This document shows, piece after piece, positions 40,617 to 50,401 of a stretch of 58,612 nucleotides of DNA. Positions within the stretch are counted from its first letter, which is position 1; each line of letters starts with the position of its first letter. Location: assembly GCA_963828195.1 (NCBI GenBank), contig CAWHDT010000006.1, forward strand, positions 1-58,612, given 5' to 3'. The notes beneath the pieces were generated by a model that had not been told where the DNA came from, made no database searches, and saw nothing but the letters and a program-made list of their open reading frames with translations. The stretch comes from Candidatus Bathyarchaeota archaeon (GTDB lineage Archaea > Thermoproteota > Bathyarchaeia > Bathyarchaeales > Bathycorpusculaceae). The position numbers were made by a program, and so were the translations under genes.

Positions 40617-41924
40617 TTAGCTGCTTAGCCCTTGGATGTTCGCGACTTGTCCCGTGTCTGCCCATACCCCGACACCTATGCTGTTGATTCCTCCAGGGTA
40701 AACCTTGTCGAGGTACAGCGTGATGTACCAGTATGGTACCAAGGTAAGACCTGTTTCTGGTTTAGGATAGAACACTGCCGAAACAGGCTCTTGAAGTACG
40801 GTAAAATTGGAAACTTGTACTCCATCTGTGGTCCAAGTAAACGTGCTCGCGGCATTTCTAGCGATTTGGATTGCTTGGTCTTGGGAGACATTCATCTGGG
40901 CGTTGCCAATTGAGTAGAGTTGCCAATCGTCGCTCAAAGAGGTCAGGATGCCGTTTTCAAATGTTATTTGAATGCTTTTGGCTGCGAAATCAACATTATT
41001 CTCTGTGTATAGCAAAGAGTACTGGGCATTGTCTCCAGTTGTAGTAATTTCCAGTTTTACATTGCCCAAAGTTTGGTTCTGCTGTGTTTCGGTAGCTACC
41101 GACAGGAGTTGGCTCATTTGGTATAGGTAGGAATAATTCTCGGCAGACTCGTACCTTGCTATTACGTCTCTTACCGCCGTCAGGAAGTCAGTCGGTTGAT
41201 GCTCGGTGTAAGTCGGAGTGAAAGCCGATATTCCTTCAATAATGTTAAGCTGAAAAAGCGAAAAGTTACCGTTCCTAAACGTTAAAACCGCGTTAATGTT
41301 GCTTGCGTTGTTCACAAGAGAGTATGTCATCACTTCCTCAACAATGCCATCCAGGTCGGGTGCAGGTCCCACAGTGTCACTAAGGAGAGAGACTTGATAT
41401 TTTGAGACATCTATCTGAAAAACGTTCTTTATAATGTTCATCGCCTCATCTGCGGAGCTACTGCCCGAGATCAATTGCTGATTTTGAGATTGCACTTTTT
41501 CAAAACTAGCCCCCAGATTGTTGTAGTCCTTAGAGAGCTGATTGTAGGAGGCGTATTGGGCGAAAGACACACTTGCAAAAATCAGAATACCTATTATGAG
41601 GATTGCATACAGCGACTTCCACTTCAAAGCCAACGACGTGAAGCTTGTCTTTTGAACTGTGGGAGCTTCTTCCGCTCCTTTCATCATTACAACAGCAGCT
41701 TGTCCGAAACTGGACAATATGTATTTTCCGTCTTCCTTCTTAACTACTAGCTCGCCGAGGTTTTCAAGGTGATAAGTCACATGTGGACTTGGAACCCCGA
41801 GGTTATCAAGAATCTCGGAAAAAGTCATCGGTTTTTCCGAAAGCATCCTGAGGATTTTGCGGCGTGCTGGATGCTTCAAAGAACTGAACATAGTTGAATA
41901 GCTTTCTTCCTCGAAATCAGACAT
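40617..41924 (-). CDS. ArsR-type HTH + TM + extracellular domain regulator
   Basis: FSSLKHPARRKILRML...HVTYHLENL, single TM, about 300-aa exported domain. Confidence 0.85.
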   Translation of the reverse strand: MSDFEEESYSTMFSSLKHPARRKILRMLSEKPMTFSEILDNLGVPSPHVTYHLENLGELVVKKEDGKYILSSFGQAAVVMMKGAEEAPTVQKTSFTSLALKWKSLYAILIIGILIFASVSFAQYASYNQLSKDYNNLGASFEKVQSQNQQLISGSSSADEAMNIIKNVFQIDVSKYQVSLLSDTVGPAPDLDGIVEEVMTYSLVNNASNINAVLTFRNGNFSLFQLNIIEGISAFTPTYTEHQPTDFLTAVRDVIARYESAENYSYLYQMSQLLSVATETQQNQTLGNVKLEITTTGDNAQYSLLYTENNVDFAAKSIQITFENGILTSLSDDWQLYSIGNAQMNVSQDQAIQIARNAASTFTWTTDGVQVSNFTVLQEPVSAVFYPKPETGLTLVPYWYITLYLDKVYPGGINSIGVGVWADTGQVANIQGLSS

Positions 41925-42112
41925 CCCAAGCACTTTGCTACACTAAAGAAACCCAGTTAGATTAATTTATCTACAAAAAAACCAAATTCCGCGTTTAGTC
42001 AATAAATGCAGAATTGCAATTATTTAGTACATTTTTCTTGTGTCAACAAACCTTTACAAAAACCGTTTTATCACAAAGCCTACCCACGTATGTACTGTCA
42101 GAGGAGCAAGAT

Positions 42113-43460
42113 ATGAAAAGATTTGGATCTGAACAAGTTCAAGCTCTCGCTTGCGGGTCTGTCGCCGGAAGCGGGGTAAAAAATAGTGATTTCGTCGATA
42201 TGCTCAGAATGCTGGATGCGAAGTGTCGAAAGTGCACCCCAATAACTCCTCTTGAATGCATTTCACGCTGCAAAACTTGGAAGTTGAAGAACGAGCTCAG
42301 AATACTTCACAAGAACCTTGAAAACCCAGATTTCACGAAAGACCTGATGAACGCGCTGAAAAACGAAACTCGGCTCCACATTCTTTTAACGATTGCTAAA
42401 GGCCAATACTCGGTACATGGGCTTCAGCAAGAACTCAGAAAGACGGGTTACCTGCACAGTCAAGACAACATAGTTGACGAATATTTGCATCCATTGTTAG
42501 ACGTTGGACTCGCCCTCGAATCTCAAGACCAATACCACACGACAACGTTCGGGAACAGATTGACAGAATTAATCGAAAGTTCAGCGAACATAGTAAGCTT
42601 GCTCCCTCCTCACTCAGACTGCTACGAGGAAACCCTACTCAAAGCTTTGCGAAGCGGACCCAAAACCTTTGAAGAAATAAGGGGGTTTTTCTCCCTGAGG
42701 ATAACCGCGCGAATCTTAAGGCGACTGGAAAACGTGGGTTTGGTGGAAACGTCTGAGGACAGAGCTTACATATTTTTCTTCAAATCAAAACGCAACCCTG
42801 CAAAAGAAAAGCTTTCCTCGGCACAGAGCAAGGTTTACCAAGATTTAGCTGACGAGGGAATTTCTGCGCAAAAACTTGCCGAAAAAACAGGATTTGCAAT
42901 GAGAACAATCTACAAGCTTGTCAAAGCACTTAAGGGAAAGAAGCTAGTGTTTGTAAGAAAAACGCCTAAAACCTATTGCTTGACTGCTAAAGGCGAAAAA
43001 TTGGCGTCGATTCTTGATGCGCTCTATATTCTGGTTGAGGAAACGCTGAGCTCCTCTGAACAAGTCTTCAAAGACAACGAAAACACAGCTCCATCGGTCT
43101 CGGGTTTATCCGCCGAACCCTATTCAAGCCTGCCAAGTAAACTAATTTTGCCAGCATTAGAGAAGATTAAAACGGTGGGGCGTTCTCAGCCGGAGATGTA
43201 TGTGGACATCTTAGAGGTTCTGGCTCGACGAGGTCCGTTGAATCTGACATTGATCATGCAAAACGCTAACGTCACCTGCAGCGAGCTGAGAGAGTGCCTT
43301 GGCTTTTTGGCTAAGCAGGGTTTGGTCGAAGTTAAGTTTGTTCGAGAAGAAAAAAAAAGTCTATGAGCTTACACAACTCGGCATTACAGTGCTTAAACAG
43401 TTCGTTGAACTCAAAGAGGTCTTGCCTTTAGTTGTAGAAACAGGAGCAAGTTTGGTATGA
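42113..43460 (+). CDS. Multi-winged-helix protein with an N-terminal Cys4 motif; frameshift in the A-run near 43350
   Basis: CRKC...CISRC; several wHTH units; the last wHTH continues in another frame (VYELTQLGITVL...) to the TGA overlapping the next ATG. Confidence 0.75.
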
Positions 43461-44938
43461 GAAAATCTCTGATCCCAGTTGTATCCTTAATTCTTATTTT
43501 GTTACTATCAACCTTGATAAATATTCGATTACCCATCGAAACAGTAAAAGCTCAACAGCAAACTCCTCAATCAATTTCGGACAACTTTAGCACCGATTCA
43601 GGTTTATGGACCTATTTAGGCAGCGCATACAGAGACCCAACAAACCAGGACCTTGTCCTAACCAATTCTGGATACGATCAAGCTGGAGTTGCCTTTTTCA
43701 ATTATGCAGTCTCAGGCTCTTTCACAGCTAACTTCAGCTACTTAGCCGGTGGAGACTACTCAGGAGATGGGTTTACCATGTTCTTTTACAAACAGCCGTA
43801 CTCAACATTCAGTAATGGGGGCGATCTGGGTTTCAACACTCAAGACGCAATTATTCCAGGGTATGGAATTGAGTTTGATGGCTGGCAAAACATACCTGGA
43901 GACTTCCAAGGCATAGCTGGCGGCGTACTGAATCCATCAACCGGCGACCCGTCTGGCGCCTACATTGGATTGATACAGAATTCTGTCGGAGACCATTTAG
44001 CATATACCGCTAATGACCCAAGAGTTGACGACAATCAGTGGCATCAAGTATCTGTACAAGTTCAAGGATCTTCTGTTAGCGTTTATGTCGATCAAGGATT
44101 GGTCCTTCAATGGACTGGAACCCTGAACACAACCTACAGCGGGTTTGGATTCAGCGGAGCAACTGGGCTCTTCACAGACTGGCATTTAATAAGCAACTTT
44201 TCAATCACTACCCAGAATTTGCCGACACCATCCCTCACCACTTCCTGCGTAAGTTCAGTTTCTCAGTCCAGCCTAAACGTCAACATCAACGGTTACTTAA
44301 CCTATAACGGAACAGGCATTTCGGGCGCACCCATTTTGCTGTCTTACAGTGTTACCGGCGGACAGTCTTGGGAAGACCTTACCCTCGTAAATACTGGTTC
44401 TGACGGCAGCTACTCGACTTTGTGGTTTCCGCAAGTTACAGGTGACTATCTGTTAAAGGCTGTATACCAAGGTGACGACAATTACTTAGGCACCGGCAAC
44501 ATCGTTAACTTTGTTATGGCGCCAGGCACGGAACAGAGCATTTTCTCGGTAGAATCAAACTTTACAATATCTGCGCTTGCTTTCAACTCTACCAGTAAAG
44601 AATTGGACTTCACAGTCAGCGGACCAGAAGGCACAACAGGGTACTGCGACGTCTATATCCCCACATCGCTAATGACCCAAGTTTCTGACCTCTCAATCCT
44701 CCTGAACGGAAACCCAATATCGTACAATGCAAAGTCTCTTGGGAATGCCTGGCTGATATCTTTTAGCTGTCAAACTGGCACAAGCGAAGTGACGCTGGGA
44801 ATGAATGCTGCGGATACAATTGTGGTGAAAGGAAACCAACTTATGCAGTGGATTCCGTATGGAGTAATAATTGCATTGATGGGAATAATCGCAGTTTTGT
44901 TGACATACAGAAAAACAAGAAAAAACGCAAATCCATAA
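43457..44938 (+). CDS. Cell-surface protein with L-type lectin/ConA-like and Ig-like domains
   Basis: Signal peptide; LVLT..QAG, GDGFTM, GIEFD and GFSGATG lectin motifs; C-terminal TM. Confidence 0.85.
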   Translation: MRKSLIPVVSLILILLLSTLINIRLPIETVKAQQQTPQSISDNFSTDSGLWTYLGSAYRDPTNQDLVLTNSGYDQAGVAFFNYAVSGSFTANFSYLAGGDYSGDGFTMFFYKQPYSTFSNGGDLGFNTQDAIIPGYGIEFDGWQNIPGDFQGIAGGVLNPSTGDPSGAYIGLIQNSVGDHLAYTANDPRVDDNQWHQVSVQVQGSSVSVYVDQGLVLQWTGTLNTTYSGFGFSGATGLFTDWHLISNFSITTQNLPTPSLTTSCVSSVSQSSLNVNINGYLTYNGTGISGAPILLSYSVTGGQSWEDLTLVNTGSDGSYSTLWFPQVTGDYLLKAVYQGDDNYLGTGNIVNFVMAPGTEQSIFSVESNFTISALAFNSTSKELDFTVSGPEGTTGYCDVYIPTSLMTQVSDLSILLNGNPISYNAKSLGNAWLISFSCQTGTSEVTLGMNAADTIVVKGNQLMQWIPYGVIIALMGIIAVLLTYRKTRKNANP

Positions 44939-45021
44939 ACAGCAGACACACTTTCTTAAGTGTATTTTTTTATTTTACCTAAAAGCAGAATACAAAGACA
45001 ATCTATCTTCGCGTGAGCTAA

Positions 45022-45170
45022 ATGTCAACTTATGAGAATTTGATGGAGCAAGTGAAAGTTGTCTTGCTTGAACATTCCAAAAGTGCAATGGAGCGATCTA
45101 AGCAAGCAGTTAGATGAACATAGTGAATATGAGCCTCTTCATGAAGCTTCGGTATTTTATAGAGGAAATT
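45022..45170 (+). pseudogene. N-terminal remnant of a second polyprenyl-synthetase-like paralogue
   Basis: MSTYENLMEQVKVVLLEHSKSAMERSKQAV / DEHSEYEPLHEA / RYFIEE across frames loosely aligns with the N-terminus of 45287..46285. Confidence 0.4.
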
Positions 45171-45286
45171 GCATAGCCATATTTGTGCTGCTCAAGGAAA
45201 AATACATGACCTGAAAAGAATCAACGGCTAAACATTTGTTTTTAATTAAGCAATCTTTTAAACTACTAACCTCCATAGAGATAGAT

Positions 45287-46285
45287 ATGCCTCAAAAAAA
45301 AGCAAAGATGATTGTTGCGGAACTAAAAGAAAGAAGCGAAAAAGGTCTTGCTTTAGCCAGTAAAATTTTGCTGCAAGAAAAAATGGAGCCCCCAAAACTA
45401 CTGAAAGCCTGCAAATATTACGTTGACAATTGGCATGGATTTTATCACCCTGGTTTGTTTTCAATGGCTTGCGAAGCTGTTGGTGGTAATCCTGATGATT
45501 CGTTAGATGCACAAGCCGCAATAGCTATTATGGCTGCGGCGTTTGACCTGCATGATGATATTTTAGATAGGTCTAAGATGTCAAAATATGAAACTCCGAC
45601 CGTTTATGGAAAGTTCGGCATAGAGACGGCACTACTTCTTGGCGACGCATGTTTGATTGAAGGCTTTAAGATTTTGGTTGATTCTTTGGCAAACCTTCCG
45701 GAAGAAAAAAGAAAGCACGCATTGCAATCAACTAAGGATTTACTTTTTGAAGTAGGCAACGCACATTCTGTGGAAATTTACACTAAACAAAGTGCGAACA
45801 TAACTTTAGAACGCTACCTAAAGATCTGTGAACTAAAGGGTGCATCTATGGAGGCGTTTCTGATGCTTGGAGGACTTTTTGGAGGCGGGAATGAATCTGA
45901 AGTTACTTGCTTGTGCAGATTGGGACGAACTATAGGTATTCTTGTCGCATTGAGAGATGATCTCGTTGATGTTTTTGATGCTGATGAACTTCGGCAGCGA
46001 GTTTTAGTTAAAGATTTACCTTTACCTCTTCTGTTTGCCTTGCACGAAGATAAGATGAACACTAAGATTAACAGTATTCTCTTGAAAAGACGAATTACAC
46101 CAAGCGAAGTTCAAGAAATTGTTAATTTTACCTTACACTCTGAATCCGCGACAGAATTAAAATGTAAAATGCAACTCTTGATCGAGGAAGGATTACCCTT
46201 CATAAACAAACTCTCAAACAAAAAGTTACAGAAAAAGCTTCAAGCAGTTGTATCAGTTATGCTTGAAGACTTAGATTCCATTTAG
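45287..46285 (+). CDS. Atypical trans-isoprenyl diphosphate synthase-fold prenyltransferase (ComQ-like)
   Basis: FDLHDDILD and RDDLVD Asp-rich motifs, PTVY.KFG..ALLLGD; lacks the RRG, GQxxD and KT motifs. Confidence 0.85.
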   Translation: MPQKKAKMIVAELKERSEKGLALASKILLQEKMEPPKLLKACKYYVDNWHGFYHPGLFSMACEAVGGNPDDSLDAQAAIAIMAAAFDLHDDILDRSKMSKYETPTVYGKFGIETALLLGDACLIEGFKILVDSLANLPEEKRKHALQSTKDLLFEVGNAHSVEIYTKQSANITLERYLKICELKGASMEAFLMLGGLFGGGNESEVTCLCRLGRTIGILVALRDDLVDVFDADELRQRVLVKDLPLPLLFALHEDKMNTKINSILLKRRITPSEVQEIVNFTLHSESATELKCKMQLLIEEGLPFINKLSNKKLQKKLQAVVSVMLEDLDSI

Positions 46286-46450
46286 TCAAATCGGACCGGT
46301 ATATCCTTCTTTTTTGAAGCTTTCATCCTAGTCTCCTCCGTATAAGTGTACAACAGATATGCTATTAAGCCTTGTGTTGTACACAAATACAGTATCACTA
46401 ATTAACAAGAGTTTTATGTTAAAACCTCATTATTCACGATACGAGATAGA

Positions 46451-47794
46451 ATGAATTCAATTAGGACACTTAGGAGTAGGATCTTTCAAAAGGAGACAGC
46501 CCCGTCCTTTGTTCTAGTTCTGAATTCCTTTGTTTGGTATGTGCTAGTTTATTTCGCTTTAAGCAACATGATTACACTGAATTCTTTCAAAAACCAGAGT
46601 CTAAGCTTGTTCGCTGCCTATTTTATAGGAATTACAGTTGCGGCAATTGCCGGTTCAAAAGTCTCTGTTCGATCACGTGGAAATCTCCTAAAAATATGGG
46701 TATTTTTAGGAGCCATAGCCACTTTTCTATTAGCACTAGTCTCTCCAAGCGCTCCAATTTTTAATGGATTAGTAATCGCTTTCTTGGGCGCCTCCATAGG
46801 GTTGGGATTACCCTCTTGCTTGAGCTATTTCGCAAAACAAGCGGCAATTGAAAAAAGAGGATTAATAAGTGGAGCAATATGGGGTGGGGTTGCGTTTTGC
46901 GTCTTAATCTTGGGTATACTGACAAATACGCTTGGGGCAATAGATTTAATTCTTATTCTAGGCGCGTGGAGGCTTATTGGCGGAGTTATCTTCTTTTTCC
47001 TCGACAGAAAACCAGTTGTTGCTGAGGTGCAAAAAATCCCCAGTTACCTATCTATACTCCATAAAAGGGAGACTTTGCTATTTTTGCTGCCCTGGGTTAT
47101 GTTCTTGGTAATTAACTTTACAGAAAAGCCCATACTTCAGCATTTTTTTGGTGCAACCCAATATTCATTTGTTGAGGCTGCAGAGTTTGTCTTTATAGGA
47201 ATTTTTGCCTTCATAGGTGGGCTCGTTGCTGATATTGGCGGAAGAAAGCGAGTAGTTATCGCTGGCTTCGTCATGCTTGGGTTTGAATATGCAACACTCA
47301 GTGTGTTCTCAAGTTCAACAAACACCGTTTTGGTTTCTTACATATTTATGGTTCTTGACGGCATAACCTGGGGTTTACTTTTCTCAGTTTTTTTTACGGT
47401 TGTTTGGGGAGATCTTGGAGAACACTACGAAAAAGAAAAATTCTATGTGTTAGGTGGGGTTCCGTTGCTTCTTACTACTTTCTTGTCTGTATTAATAACT
47501 CCATATGCTGCGTCCATTCCGATAGGGACCGCTTTTACGGTTGCAAGTTTTTTCCTTTTTGTAGCTGTGATTCCATTAATGTATGCGCCTGAGACCTTGC
47601 CTGAGAAAGCCATGCATGAGAGAGATTTGAAAGGTTACGTTGAGAAAGCTCTTAAGCAGGTGGATAAGGAGACGGGCAAAAGCAATAAAAAAGACAAAGC
47701 TAAAAATGAAAAAGAAAACAAGACAGAAAAAGATGAGGCCGAAGAGCCCCCCGGGTATGAGGAAGCTCGGAAGTTAGCGGAAAAATACTATTAA
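46451..47794 (+). CDS. MFS transporter
   Basis: About 12 TM; GLVADIGGRKR motif A; PET at the C-terminus. Confidence 0.88.
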   Translation: MNSIRTLRSRIFQKETAPSFVLVLNSFVWYVLVYFALSNMITLNSFKNQSLSLFAAYFIGITVAAIAGSKVSVRSRGNLLKIWVFLGAIATFLLALVSPSAPIFNGLVIAFLGASIGLGLPSCLSYFAKQAAIEKRGLISGAIWGGVAFCVLILGILTNTLGAIDLILILGAWRLIGGVIFFFLDRKPVVAEVQKIPSYLSILHKRETLLFLLPWVMFLVINFTEKPILQHFFGATQYSFVEAAEFVFIGIFAFIGGLVADIGGRKRVVIAGFVMLGFEYATLSVFSSSTNTVLVSYIFMVLDGITWGLLFSVFFTVVWGDLGEHYEKEKFYVLGGVPLLLTTFLSVLITPYAASIPIGTAFTVASFFLFVAVIPLMYAPETLPEKAMHERDLKGYVEKALKQVDKETGKSNKKDKAKNEKENKTEKDEAEEPPGYEEARKLAEKYY

Positions 47795-47818
47795 GCCAGC
47801 ACTGTGCACAATTATGGC

Positions 47819-48946
47819 ATGTTCTTCCACGTGATCCTCACCACCGAATGCAACTTACAGTGCAGGTACTGCTTCGGCGAATCTTTAGATGATTTTGACG
47901 AGGACTTCGACGACATAGAAGTTGTGTATGATTTACCCAAAAAAATCAGCTATGACGTGGAGCTGCTGGATAAGTTCTGCCGAAAAGACCCTGATTGTGT
48001 CTTAACTTTTTACGGTGGCGAACCCCTGCTGTGCGCCGATAAACTCAGGCAGGTAATGGACAATGTTGACGCTAAACTCTTTATGATTCAGACAAACGGG
48101 TTGCTTCTTGACAAGTTAGAGCCAAAATACGTTAACCGTTTTCACACAATTCTAGTTTCCATAGACGGGGAAGAAGCCTTAACTGATTACTACAGGGGAA
48201 ACGGCACTTTCCGCAAAGTCATCAATAATCTAAAATTAATCAAGCAAAACGGTTTCAGCGGAGAATTAATTGCCCGAATGACAGTAATGGAGAAAACGGA
48301 CATATACAAAGAAGTCCGCTGGGTCTTGAAGAATGACGAGTTCTCTTTTTCTTCCGTGCATTGGCAGTTAAACGCTGGTTTTTGGGGAAACGATTATCAA
48401 AGACGCAACTTTGAGGAGTGGACAGAAAAAAGCTATATTCCTGGCGTAAAAAAGCTTGCAGAGTTCTGGGTAGACCAGATGGAGGAGAAGGGCATCGTTT
48501 TGAAGCTTTACCCTTTTCTAGGCATCGTTGACTCGTTTCTGCATGAAGAAAAAAATTGTTTTATGCGTTGCGGCGGAGGCTGGATAAATTACGCCATTCA
48601 AACAGACGGTTACATAATTCCTTGCCCGACGATGTGGGGTATGAAAAAGTACTATTTGGGCCACATAGAAAATGTTGAACCCAGTGAAATAAAGAAAATT
48701 TTTGTCGAACAGCCGCCATGTACAAACTGCGCAATTATGAACGTTTGCGGCGGAAGATGCTTATACGCAAACATAACTAAACGGTGGAAGGATGAAGCTT
48801 ACGGTAAAGTTTGCCACACGGTTGCAGAACTCGTTGTAGCCGTAAAAACCGAGGTCCCGCGGATTCAGCGCTTGCTCAAAAACAAAAAAGTTAACCTGAC
48901 GGATTTTGATTTCATCAAGTACAACGGATGCGAAATAATTCCGTAA
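47819..48946 (+). CDS. Radical SAM/SPASM protein (AF0577 / TIGR04084-like, putative peptide-modifying)
   Basis: CNLQCRYC, YGGEP, QTNG and SIDG motifs; SPASM RCGGG..PCP and CTNC....CGGRC; C-terminal GCEIIP. Confidence 0.85.
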   Translation: MFFHVILTTECNLQCRYCFGESLDDFDEDFDDIEVVYDLPKKISYDVELLDKFCRKDPDCVLTFYGGEPLLCADKLRQVMDNVDAKLFMIQTNGLLLDKLEPKYVNRFHTILVSIDGEEALTDYYRGNGTFRKVINNLKLIKQNGFSGELIARMTVMEKTDIYKEVRWVLKNDEFSFSSVHWQLNAGFWGNDYQRRNFEEWTEKSYIPGVKKLAEFWVDQMEEKGIVLKLYPFLGIVDSFLHEEKNCFMRCGGGWINYAIQTDGYIIPCPTMWGMKKYYLGHIENVEPSEIKKIFVEQPPCTNCAIMNVCGGRCLYANITKRWKDEAYGKVCHTVAELVVAVKTEVPRIQRLLKNKKVNLTDFDFIKYNGCEIIP

Positions 48947-49006
48947 CTTTTGGATTCATCCATCTGTGTTAGACGCTCGTATCCGATTAGCAAAGAGCAT
49001 TTATAA

Positions 49007-49282
49007 TTATAGCTTTTTGTAAACCACGTCTCTTTCTTTCACTGGTTGCAACACTTTTAATCCTATGCTTTGTCCGCCTTCAGCACGGGGAAGAGCTTTA
49101 CCCTCTGTTTGCATAGACTCTACACTTTGCTCAAAATCAGTCGAAGGTCCCTTTATGAGTATACGGTCCCCTATTGATAACGGCAACATTAATTCCACTA
49201 CAGCCACACTGATTTTAGAAAAGAAATGTGCCACATGCCCGATCTCTATAATAGCATCTTCTACCACAGCTTTCTCCCTCAA
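49007..49282 (-). CDS. Small beta-barrel protein (translation elongation factor-like / U32 C-terminal-like)
   Basis: IGHVAHFFSKISVAVVEL...GDRI.IKG...VESMQ...GLKV. Confidence 0.8.
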   Translation of the reverse strand: MREKAVVEDAIIEIGHVAHFFSKISVAVVELMLPLSIGDRILIKGPSTDFEQSVESMQTEGKALPRAEGGQSIGLKVLQPVKERDVVYKKL

Positions 49283-49468
49283 GGTTTTTACTAGTTAGCT
49301 TATACCATAAAAGCCTTATGTTTTATATAATAAATAGAACTAAATAGCAAAAAATTAGTTTTGAAACGTTATCACGAATTTTCTGTCAAAAATGGGATTA
49401 GTTTTTAAGTAAAAAGCAACTGCTAGGTTGTTTAAAAAAGATAAGAAAAATCGTAGTGGTTTAATTAT

Positions 49469-49633
49469 TTACCATCCTGAGGTTGCGTCTTCACCCGTTT
49501 GATCCAAGGCCTTCTTTTCTTCGTCTCCAACATCCTGAGGCAAAGTAACTTTATGACTACTTTCTTCAATTATCTCTTTCTTCTTTTTGCGCTGCCGAAT
49601 AGTAATCTGACCCTTCTTTCGCTCTTCTTCCAA
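49469..49633 (-). CDS. 54-aa peptide ending in Trp, candidate pheromone/RiPP precursor (absent from the ORF track)
   Basis: GGAGGTGA SD, 5-nt spacer, TTG: MEEERKKGQITIRQRKKKEIIEESSHKVTLPQDVGDEEKKALDQTGEDATSGW*. Confidence 0.7.
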   Translation of the reverse strand: MEEERKKGQITIRQRKKKKEIIEESSHKVTLPQDVGDEEKKALDQTGEDATSGW

Positions 49634-49948
49634 AGCTGTCACCTCCCAAAAACCCGAAAAAAATTTGCTCTTGATTTTGAGAAAAAGCTTATTTTATTTT
49701 TTAGATGCTTCGCAAACCTTTGTTCAACTCTGCCACGGACATTTAAAATCATGTTCTTCAACAAATATTTCCCTGTTCTCGCAAATTTCCATTTCTCGTT
49801 TATCGATTAAGCAAGTTTGCGTTTTTCTACAAAAGAATGACTTGACACTTGATGTATTAATATGCGTGGTTGTGGCATAACAACAACAATTAAAATTATT
49901 GAAATAAAACTTAAAAGGAAATAAAAAACTGGAGTTTTTTTGGGGCAC

Positions 49949-50401
49949 TTAAGGTTGTTCAATTGACAATTCTTTAACTCTGGTTTCAATGAATTCAGCC
50001 ACTTTTTGCTCACTGAACTCTTTTTCGCCTTCTTGTAATTGCAGCTGCTCTTTAACTATGCTTAGGAGGTTTTCGATATCTATGGGTTTGATCAGGTATG
50101 CATCTGCATTCTTGTTTAAGGCTGAAATAGCGTTTTGCATCGATGGGTAACCTGTCACCATTATTTTGCGGGTCCTAGGAACGGTCTCCTTAATTAATTT
50201 CAATAGTTCTACCCCTTCCATGTCGGGCAATCGAATATCCAGTAGTGCAACGTTATAGGCTGCGTTCTTCGTTTTTTGAACAGCTTCGCTTCCGGTAGCT
50301 GCTAAGTCAACAATGTATCCTTCATCCTCAAGTATGGTCTTCATAGTATTTCTTATGTTTTCATCGTCATCGACAATGAGGATTTTGGCATGTCTATCCA
50401 A
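49949..50401 (-). CDS. Stand-alone response regulator (REC)
   Basis: IVDDD, LDIRLPD, VTG and IKP motifs; GGAGGTGA SD. Confidence 0.92.
   Translation of the reverse strand: MDRHAKILIVDDDENIRNTMKTILEDEGYIVDLAATGSEAVQKTKNAAYNVALLDIRLPDMEGVELLKLIKETVPRTRKIMVTGYPSMQNAISALNKNADAYLIKPIDIENLLSIVKEQLQLQEGEKEFSEQKVAEFIETRVKELSIEQP

Noticed and set aside
49499-50013. Four tracked ORFs in this gap
   Set aside because: Low-complexity Phe/Leu-rich shadows; the SD-led 49469..49633 peptide is the better-supported frame
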